From NCBI RefSeq assembly GCF_000143415.4, contig NW_003314560.1, positions 1 to 13,035 on the forward strand: 13,035 bases of DNA, read 5' to 3'. Made by a program: the position numbers and the translations under genes. Of this stretch, positions 1 to 8,261 are shown in pieces (positions within the stretch are counted from its first letter, which is position 1; every line of letters begins with the position of its first letter). A model generated the notes under the pieces. That model had not been told where the DNA came from. It searched no databases and saw only the letters and a list, made by a program, of their open reading frames with translations. This stretch comes from Selaginella moellendorffii. Lineage: Eukaryota > Plantae > Lycopodiophyta.

Positions 1-98
1 CATTTTGTAAATCTAGTTGCAATCTAACGGTTGGATCTCCAGAAAACTCAAAAAAATCTCGTGCGTGTCAGAATATCCTAGGAATATACTCCTATGTG

Positions 99-504
99 CC
101 CCTGAAAATGGCATGCGGCCCCACGCCATTCAAGAGATAATGCCAGATGACGCCGAGAATTTTTTGGTGCATTTTTTGGGTTCAAAATTGCATGAGCCCA
201 CACGCTATAAAGTTTATCTTTGCCAAATAGAGAAAAGTTTATCTGTGTCATGTGAGGTAGTTACAGTCCTTTGTGCTCGGCATCTGCCTCTTGCAGCATT
301 TGCACTGAAAGGGAATTTTTCTCCATTCAGCATTTGGCCCTGAAAATGGCATGCGCCCACACGCCATTCAAGGAATAACGCCACAGGATGCCTGGATTTT
401 TGGGTTTAAAATGTTTAGGGTTTTTTGGGTTTTTTCAAAATATTTTGGGTCCAACGTTTTTTGGGTTTCTTTGGTTCAAAATTGCATGAGCCCACACGCT
501 ATAA
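99..504 (+). repeat. Imperfect direct duplication (~99-210 vs ~338-504), each unit carrying two palindrome copies
   Basis: CCCTGAAAATGGCATGCG..C.CACGCCATTCAAG and GGTTCAAAATTGCATGAGCCCACACGCTATAA each occur twice, in the same order, separated by T/G-rich spacers of different length. Confidence 0.85.
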
Positions 505-653
505 TATTGATTTGAGAGAAAAATAGAAACAGATAGAATTTCTTTATTTAGCTGAACATCTGCCATTTTTGGAAATACAAGATGCTTTAGAATATCCAAT
601 CATGCATGGTATAAATATAGCGAGGGTATTAAATGATATCCCAATCATGATCT

Positions 654-790
654 TTCTTTTGGATTTCGCGTGCATGCAGTCCGAGGAATGATGACGTTGC
701 GGATTTCTTTTGGATTTTGCGTGCTTGCATGCGCGCGGCAATCCAGAAATTAATGGTGGCGCCCAAGTCCGAGGAATGATGACGTGGCAG
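654..790 (+). promoter_or_regulatory. Duplicated putative promoter module with TGACGT (bZIP/as-1/G-box-like) sites
   Basis: Exact 20-bp repeat AGTCCGAGGAATGATGACGT at 678-697 and 766-785. Each copy is preceded by TCTTTTGGATTTYGCGTGC. The module lies just upstream of the CpG-rich leader of the plus-strand gene. Confidence 0.5.
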
Positions 791-847
791 GATTACCAAC
801 CGTTGTGACATTTCGCGCGTGTGAGGTTAAGTTTTGCATTTTGCTTT

Positions 848-990
848 GTACTCGCGCTCCCGCTTGCATCGCGCTCCCACTCGCGATCACGCTCACTTCT
901 CTACAGGTTTCTCGTGTGCATCGGCGTCCACTCGCGCTTGCATCACACTCGCGCTCGCATCGCGCTCGTGTGCATCGGCGTCCACTTCAA
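848..990 (+). repeat. CpG-rich short repeats in the putative 5' UTR
   Basis: Exact 22-bp repeat CTCGTGTGCATCGGCGTCCACT at 911-932 and 965-986, plus several ACTCGCG and GCATCGCGCTC units. Confidence 0.8.
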
Positions 991-1093
991 GACACACCCA
1001 GTTTGTAACTTCGCTGCCAACTCCGCCGCCCACTCCGCCACCCACACGCAGCCCACTTGGCGTCCCGGGAGATTTCAGCGCCACTCTCCAACT

Positions 1094-1139
1094 GTAAGTG
1101 GCAGAGTAGCCTTGCTGCTACGATCCGCTGCACACACAG
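1094..1139 (+). other. Putative 46-nt 5' UTR intron
   Basis: GTAAGT donor at 1094 and ACACAG acceptor at 1139. The size matches the other introns here. A further acceptor-like site (TTCTCTACAG) ends at 906. Confidence 0.45.
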
Positions 1140-1194
1140 TGCACATTCGCCAGCGAGTCCGGCCTCGATTGTCACGGCCTCCATTCGGCTTCAA

Positions 1195-4100
1195 ATGGTA
1201 AGTCTTTTAGACGAAGTAGAAAATGGCATGAGGCCACATGCCATTCAGTAGCAACATTGGCATGCACCGATTGGGCTCTCGAGTGCAGTCCGGTTACAGA
1301 TGGCGTGTAGCCTCACGCCATCTTAGGATGCAGCCTCAAGACATCTGATGCAGTGGTGAATGGCGTGTGGCCTCACGTTATTTCCAGCTGCTAGCTTTTC
1401 ATCTGTCAGCTCTAATTGTTGTGCATTTCTGAACAGGCGAGGAATTGCGTTCTTCTTCCAGCCACTGTCAATGTGGATGCAGAGAAGGGGGAGGAGCTCA
1501 CCAGTTGGACTTTCGGGATGGAAGGCGAGGATCTGATGCTGTACAACACAGATGGTGGGAGAAAAGAATGCATGGGGATCCTCATCCAAGTGACAGACAC
1601 TCCATGCAGTTCCATGCAAGAATATGGATTGGCACTTGTGGTAGAGACAGCGTCCGCCTTCAAGATCCACCTTGCACATCCTAGCGGCTTCCCGGAGGGG
1701 GGCAGCGGCTATGAGGAATTCCTAGAGGGAGCTAGGGAGAGGTTGTCCAGGAGGCCCACAATTTCAAAGACGCTGCGGGTCTATGAAGATCACATGGAAT
1801 CCACGGACCTCACCTACGGCGATGTTCAAAAACTATATTCCAACATTGAGCCGTTGAGAGTGCCTCCAGTTTGTGAAGCGAAGGGGAAGGGGGTCGATCT
1901 GGAAACTACCCCGAAGCAGAAAAGGGTGGTCAAGCTCAAGCCGACGTCCGACTCTGCTGCTCCAAAAAAGAAGCTACTCGGTGATGCCATTGCCTCGGGT
2001 TCGAACACTACACCCACCAAAAAGAAGAGCCGCAAAGAGCAGAAAGAGCAAGAAGAGGCAGCAAAAATCGTCGCAGATAATAGTACTTGTTACTATTCCA
2101 ACAAAGTATATACAATCGACGTGAGCCGTATCGAGATCCAAAGCAAATACAACCACAGGCTAGTATCTGATGAGTGGGTGGAGAAACTGAAGCAGAAGAT
2201 GCTGGCAAGTCCAGTAACACCCGACATCGCAGACGTGATCCCCTACTACCGAACAATGAAGGGCGAGACGAGGTTTCCAGACTTGATCAATAGGAAGGTG
2301 TTGGACGATCAGAACATCCGGTTCTATGCCGTCTCCGGGCAGCATTCTAGCTTGGCGATGCAACAGATAGTTGTGGATATTATGGTGGGCGAGGAGGTGA
2401 AGAAAGTCTTCAAGACAAGAGTTGTCCGCCTGATAAAAGGCAACTCGCCCCTCCGATCTATCATATACATCTCCCACGCGCAGAATGTCAAGCAAGAAAC
2501 GTGCTACAAATCGGGTCTGCACGAGACATTGGCACGAACACGGAAGCTCTGGGTTCAACTGAAGAAGCCACAAAAACCAGGACAAGGACGTGCACTAGCA
2601 ACTAGCGCCTGGCAGGTAAGCCTCGTTGCATGTGGCATAGCATGTGGCCTCACGCCATTTCCATTGCAGGAATTCTCGAGTCTTCTCTCGAAAACACTGG
2701 GGGTCAATGACACACTCAGCATCCATAACATTCTACTCGCGACAAAAGTTGTTTTTGACAAATGGGTAGATGTGCTAAGGAGGTACCATGACGGGGAGTT
2801 GCTAAACTCAATGGGTGTGGAGGACGGCCGGAAGCCCAATGATTTGAAGCTCAACGCCTTGCGTTTCTCGCGGTCTCTAGACGACGACGACCTTCTGACA
2901 GTGGCTAATGCTCTTCTACGTGGTGAGGTAGTCTTCAACAAGCCCAAAATGACTCCCGGCCATATTGTGACATACGAGGACTTGTGCACGACTCTGAGAG
3001 CTCGTGCGCTATTGAAGGATTGGATCTTCGAGCAAGTGGCCGTGGCGAGGGTGAGCATCGACACCACGCAAGAGATGATGGAAGAGCTGGACTTGTCAAA
3101 TGAAGACATCGACGAGTACGTGAAGGGGGCCCCCAAGTTCATCGATCTGTTGCGGGATGCCACGAAAAGTAAAGCTGAGAAGTTGGATCAGTATCCAAAT
3201 TTCATTAAGAGGGATGTCGACCGCCGGCTTCAGAAACAGCTCGACCCCGCAGCAGAGGCCTATCGAGAACCTTACCGGGTATACGTGAATTCGGATGAGG
3301 ATCAAAGGTGGAGGAGCATCGTTTCCCGCGGAGATGAGCAGGTCAAGAACATCTTTTGTGTGATGGACTTCACAAACGAGGAGATCACTCATGCAGACAA
3401 AGTCAGCTCCATCATTGACTTAATGGTGGGACTTGCGGAGGTGGAATCTTCAGTCCACTATATGATCTACGACTCCGAATCCTATCACAAGTTCTGGAAG
3501 GCCTTGAACGAGGTGAAGGCTCGGTTGAAAGGCAAGGAGATGCGGGAGATCCATGGGATAATGGCTAAGAAGAAGATACTGACGAATGTCCGCATCTTCA
3601 CAGTCGCCCTTGTTATTGGTCCTGCAGCAGAGTGGGACTGGAGTGACTTCCCAGCTTCGTTCAACAAAGCCGATCGAATTGATCTGAGGGAGGTCAATTT
3701 ACCCGTGCCTGAGGAACTGAAGACGGCTATGGAGCTTTCGAATCCAAAGAAAGCTCCAGGTGCAGCATGGGAAATGCTCAGCTGGGTCTTCAACGCAATA
3801 GCGGGTGACTCCAAGGGCAAATGCGTTGTCGAGTACAACTGCGGCGGACTATTCTTTCGAGCTGCACTACTCAAGGGTGTCCCGTGTGTTGCGGTGACAA
3901 ACTCCATTGAAGAGGTGACTTCAATGGAGCATATAATTACAGTTGCCAAAGAAAAACAGTATCTTCTCTACGAACCTGGTGAGTACGCACTTTAAGTTTA
4001 AATGTTATCTCACAAGCTCTGTATGCAGGAGCGTGGCCACCCCCAGATGCTGAAACGGCGTTAACAGCTACTGATGTTAGGCCGAGGTCACAACCTGCAC

Positions 4101-6845
4101 AAGGTAAGGTCACGTGAGGCCTCACGCCATTTTGATTATAGATCGTTGTGAATATTCAGACACGAGGACTGAAAAGCGCACTGGTGGCACGTCGAAGAAG
4201 GACAAACAGACAAGCAATAGGAAAAAAGGAGGTACAAATTATATTTGCAATGGCGTGTGGTCTCATGCCATTCCTTGCAGGAGACACTTCTTCAAAGGCA
4301 AAACAGGCAAGCACCAGCCAAGCTCAAACTGACAGTGGTCATAAAAAGCGAAAGCACGTTGGACAGTCGTCGGGATCAGAGGCGTTTGATTCGAAAAGGA
4401 AGAAGGGCAACGAAAAGATGATAGGTAATGTCTTGCGGTTATGGCGTGTGTGCTCATGCCATTCATTGCAAATCAAGGGCTGAGTGAAAGGAGCCAGTCA
4501 CCACCTTCTGACTCAGATTCCTATGGCGGACTCCCCTTCCCCAATCTCAATGGAGAGGTACAATGGATGAGGGATGCTTTTCAAGTCAGGGCCACGTTTT
4601 TCTCATCTCGTCGTCTTCGAAGGGTGCAAGAACGTGCAGAAACCATGTCAAGACAGTCGGGTGAGGATACGGTCCTAGGTCACGCACTAAAACAGGCTAT
4701 GGATGTCTTGTATTTTGAGATGGAGACTCGGCCAGATGATTTTTCCAAGATGGTCCTGGAAAAACAAGCAATCCAGCCTGAGCAGCCTATGGAAGAAATG
4801 CAAGAGGGGGATGAGGAGCCAGAGAAAGATAATGAGCAGGAAGAGCAGAAGGACGAAGAGGAGGACAAAGAAGAGGAGGACGAAGAAGAGGAGGATGAAG
4901 AAGAGGAGGACAAAGAAGAGGAGGACGAAGAAGAGGAGGATGAAGAAGAGGAGGACGAAGAGGACTTGGATGGTCCTCACAATGGTGACGATCACAATAA
5001 CGACGATGACGATAATGACGACGATGGCCAGCCTGAGGTGGCCAAAGAGCAGCGGAGGAAGGTCATACAAGACAAACCATCAGGTAAATAATAGTACATC
5101 CATTCCTAACCTTTTACCATTTCTAACATTGTCCATGTAGGTCGCAGAAGAAATGGTAAGTAGAGATTATTCAGTTGAATTAAGATACAAACTCTAGCCT
5201 TTAGTGTCGAGGAAGGATAGTGCCAAGCAAAGGTCGAAACATATGTCCAATCCTTCAGAATCAGCAGTGCGCCCAAGTGATATCGGTCCTAGTTCCTCAA
5301 TAGCAGTTGATGGTAAATACAGTATAGTCGATTCAATGTGCTAATGAGTTTGTTTTTAGTAGCACGGGAGGATACCATCTCAATCGAAGGGAGATATTTG
5401 GACATGCATATGGATCCGCCAGTGGACTCTACTTGCTTGCAAGAGTCATCAGAGCTGGTGGAGGCTACTATCCATATCAACGCCAAGCAAGCTGACCACG
5501 CTCCACTTGATGCTGCCCATACCACTGAGTCAATCTTGTCCACGTATCCAACTGACGGTGACCAGGCGCCATTGGACCCGCATGAGGCCGCCCCAGCCGC
5601 CGAGCCGGTCGTATCCTCATTTCCAACGTGTGCCCAATCGTCTGACTACGCGCCGTTGGAACCTCCCTACACCGCCCCTGCTGCCTGTTCGGTCATGTCC
5701 ACTTTGCCAACGGAGGCACCAGCTGAAATGGCGTGTGATCACACGCCATCGGAACCACCCCATGCCACTGTTGAGCCAGTTGTACCAGAGTCTACAGCTG
5801 AAATGGCATGTGCCCACACGCCATCGGATGCGATTGACCCCACATTGCAGAGGAGAGTATTTCCGCCCTTCACGTTTCCTCGACCAAAACCCTCTGAACG
5901 ACCATCGGGAGCACCATTCGCTAATATTGTAGATGGTAAAATTGACTTGTACCATTTTTTATGCTGACGCATTTCATTTCAGAGTCACGGCGAAAGTACT
6001 GTATAGTTTTTGATCTGAATGGTGTCCTTTTCTCCCATGAGCGTGGCTCGTCCTCGAATGTCACTGCACCCTCCAAAGCCTGCGGTCGCAAGTTGGTCAA
6101 AAGAGACAGATTCACATTAATCACACGGGAGAAACTGCGGGATCTAATAATGACCATGCGACACTTAAAACAGAGGGCCGAGTTCAATTTGCAATTGGGA
6201 GTTTGGACATCCATGATGCGCCACAATGCATTAACGTTGCTACAGATGATGCACGATCAGACGCGAGTAATATTACCATTTGACTTTCTCCTAACGCAGG
6301 AGGATTGCTTGACTATGGTCCATGTGAGGGGTAGCAAGCCCATCTTCGTCAAGGCAGAGGCTGTAGTGATGAACCGGACTGCTAGGTCAAGTGAAATCCT
6401 CATCATCGATGACTCGCCGATTAAAACTGCAGCGAACACGCACACATATGCAATGCACCCCATCTCTTGCAGTATGGAAACTAGGGAGAAGAAACCGTAT
6501 GTTCTGGGGGACCTTGCAAAACAGCTTGAAGCGATGGTGATAGAGAACCGGCCAGTCCAGGAGGTGGTTGCAAAAATCAACCAAATGGCAGATGGAACGG
6601 TATATCAGAAGCCATTTGATCGGACAGACACCAGTCATCATTTATGGCATGTATATTGTCTAGCCAAGCACTATCCGCATCTCCATAATCTGCTCAACCG
6701 GATGGGTTCTTCGACCACTGAACATGAGCGTGGACGTATTAGAGAAGAGATGGCATTACTATTGGGTTTAAATCCTGATAGTGTGGAGAGTGATGAAATT
6801 CCAAGATTATTGTATAGGCGTTGGAGGCAAAAAATAACAGTCTGA
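1195..6845 (+). CDS. ~1649-aa multi-exon accessory protein: ParB/Srx-like domain + degenerate DNA MTase-like domain + acidic tract + FCP1/NIF-like HAD phosphatase
   Basis: Predicted exons: 1195-1197 (ATG|GTAAGT), 1437-2615, 2670-3978, 4029-4103, 4160-4231, 4281-4424, 4478-5083, 5141-5155, 5205-5312, 5360-5935, 5983-6845. They total 4950 nt (1650 codons including the stop). All introns are GT-AG: one of 239 nt and nine of 47-57 nt. Every junction keeps the frame, linking ORFs 1416..3995, 4114..4332, 4148..4483, 4441..5091, 5338..5967 and 5961..6845 with no internal stop. Confidence 0.82.
2103..2500 (+). other. ParB/Sulfiredoxin-like (DGQHR/DndB-type) domain within the accessory protein
   Basis: KVYTIDVSRIEI...NHRLVSDEWVEKLKQKM...RFYAVSGQHSSLAMQQI...IIYISHAQNV follows the ParB N-terminal pattern (i.i..i; R...e.l..l..s; y.i..G.(H/R)R..A; N). 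GQH is at 2337-2345. The Arg after GQH is replaced by Ser. By-eye match only. Confidence 0.62.
3345..3960 (+). other. Degenerate beta-class N6A/N4C DNA methyltransferase-like domain, probably catalytically inactive
   Basis: SNPKKAP..WEMLSWVFNAIAGDSKGKCVVEYNCGGLFFRAALLKGVPCVAVT parallels HPtqKP..Ll..li...s..Gd.VlDpF.GsG....Aa...gr..igiE. IFCVMDFTN sits upstream, where 'lvvtDPPY' is expected. Both the DPPY and FxGxG motifs are degenerate. Confidence 0.45.
4795..5030 (+). repeat. Coding acidic low-complexity tract with a 15-bp unit GAAGAGGAGGAY(G/A)AA (EEEDE/K), followed by a D/N-rich run
   Basis: About 7 tandem 15-bp units at ~4855-4965 with a 45-bp higher-order period. Translates to EEEDKEEEDEEEEDE... 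in the exon frame. Confidence 0.92.
5485..5840 (+). repeat. Degenerate coding tandem repeat, ~5 units of ~22-28 aa (DHAPLD / DQAPLDP / DYAPLEP / DHTPSEP / AHTPSD)
   Basis: Recurring (D)xAP(L/S)(D/E)P...PV(V)S(T/S)xPT. The last two units share CAGCTGAAATGGCRTGTG...CACACGCCATCGGA, 75 bp apart. Confidence 0.75.
5995..6570 (+). other. FCP1/NIF-like (CTD-phosphatase family) HAD domain, DLNG variant
   Basis: YCIVFDLNGVL (motif I, D at 6012), LGVWTSMMRHNA (motif II), FLLTQEDC, KPIFVK (motif III K) and ILIIDDSPIKTAAN (motif IV, 6408-6419). This matches the DLNG(L/V)L...VGVWSS...KPLFLK...LLIDDSPYK pattern of plant/fungal FCP1-homology proteins. Confidence 0.85.
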
Positions 6846-7665
6846 GATGGCATGTATTTATTTAAAAATGTAACTTATTATGGCATGGGGTTCCATGCCA
6901 TTGTATTAATATTAAAAGACAATTCTTTAAGAGGATTTGCATTATACTAGAAGTGTTACAGCATGTTATTGGAAGTCTACGAAGTTGTTTTATTAATAAG
7001 GGGAAAGTAAAGATTGAATGGGGACTTGGGCTCCACCTAGACTCGGAGCAACTGAGCCAATATTAAAAGGATGGAAAGAAATTGGACGACGATGACAAGG
7101 AGAAGAGAGAGGTGAAGCAGTGGCAGGGGGAGGAGAAGTGATTGAGTAGACATTTCCTTGTTTAAAATAAAATGGCATGTGCCTCAATGCAGTTGAATTT
7201 TGTTATATTTATATACTATATAAAGGTTTGGAAACCTTATTTTACAAGTGGGATAATGACAATTCCCACTTTAACGAAATAGAGCTTCTTAGAGGATGGA
7301 CAAGGCATGGTGAGCCTTTGGTGTCAAACTATAGACCAATATTGGCTGAGTGCCAAGGATGGAAATGGTAACACATGCGAGTGTTACTTTATAAAATGGT
7401 TTACCGTTCGATGAGGACATCGAACTTCGTCTATGGGTGGTGGAGTTGTGAAACACAAAACCCCTAAGCCCCAAAGTGGAGCTGGAAGGGTGCCACGTGG
7501 TAGTGGCCGAAGCGAGAGCCAAACGAGCGTAACACGTTTAGACCAAAAGCTCCGACTTGAAAAGTCAAGAGCGGGAGTGGAACTCCCAACGAAGTGCTCG
7601 AGGAATGAGCACGAAGCGGCTCCAAAAAGGGACCCAAAAAAGACCAACACATGACACGTGGAAGT

Positions 7666-8085
7666 GTCCGAGATGGACCCGAGTTGGAGTCCGAAGTGGA
7701 GTCCGAGATGGAGTCCGAGATGGAGTCCGAGGTGGATCCGAGATGGACCCGAGATGGATCCGAGATGGAGTCCGAGATGGACCCAAAGTGGAGTCCGAGA
7801 TAGAGTCCGAGATGGACCCAAGATGTACCTGAGATGGAGTCCGAGACGGAGTCCGAGATGGAGTCCGAGATGGAGTCCGAGATGGACTCGAGATGGAGTC
7901 CGAGATGGACCCAAGATGGAGTCCGAGGTGGACCCGAGATGGAGTCCGAGATGGACCCGAGATGGAGTCCGAGATGGACCCGAAACCGAGACCGAGACTG
8001 AGGCTGAGACCGAGACCGAGACCGAGTCCGAAACCAGGACCGAGACGGAGTCCAAGTCTGAGTTCGAGCCCGAGTCCGAGTCCGA
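7666..8085 (+). repeat. Minisatellite of 11/12-bp units CCGAGATGGA(GT/C), followed by a 6-bp CCGAG(A/T) array
   Basis: Roughly 27 mixed 11- and 12-bp units at ~7666-7980, then CCGAGA/CCGAGT hexamers to ~8085. Confidence 0.95.
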
Positions 8086-8200
8086 ATACTAATACAGACA
8101 GTTGGGTGAAAGCCCAAAGCGATCGTCCCCCAGGGGGGGGAGGGCTGCGAGGGGTTCCAAAAGTATAGTAGGGAGAGTGTGGGGGTTGGAGCCCAGTGGA

Positions 8201-8261
8201 GCCAATTTGGCCAGAAAGGGCCAGTTTGGCCCAGGAAGGACCAGTTTGGTCCAAGAAGGCC
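8201..8261 (+). repeat. ~20-bp tandem repeat x3 (CCARTTTGGYCCARGAAGG)
   Basis: Units start at 8202, 8221 and 8241. Confidence 0.8.

Larger units (their letters stand above)
108..7193. repeat. Dispersed 22-bp spaced palindrome family ATGGCRTG-N6-CAYGCCAT (~15 copies)
   Basis: Cores at 108-129, 187-208*, 346-367, 481-502*, 1223-1244, 1300-1321, 1360-1381*, 2637-2658*, 4109-4130*, 4250-4271, 4441-4462, 5728-5749, 5803-5824, 6880-6901 and 7172-7193* (* = degenerate arm). The spacer length is always 6 nt. Confidence 0.93.

Noticed and set aside
17-1251. Short ORFs upstream of the accessory gene (e.g. those containing MRPHAIQ)
   Set aside because: The shared peptides are translations of the DNA palindrome and leader repeats. 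They have no domain features.
4680-5140. Poly-Ser, hydrophobic (FFVLL) and poly-K/R ORFs
   Set aside because: They are alternative-frame or antisense readings of the acidic repeat. Only the E/D frame is joined by splice sites.
108-7193. Palindromic repeats as a CRISPR array or bacterial REP/terminator elements
   Set aside because: Spacing is irregular (tens of bp to over 1 kb), copies lie in spliceosomal introns, there are no cas genes and the context is eukaryotic.
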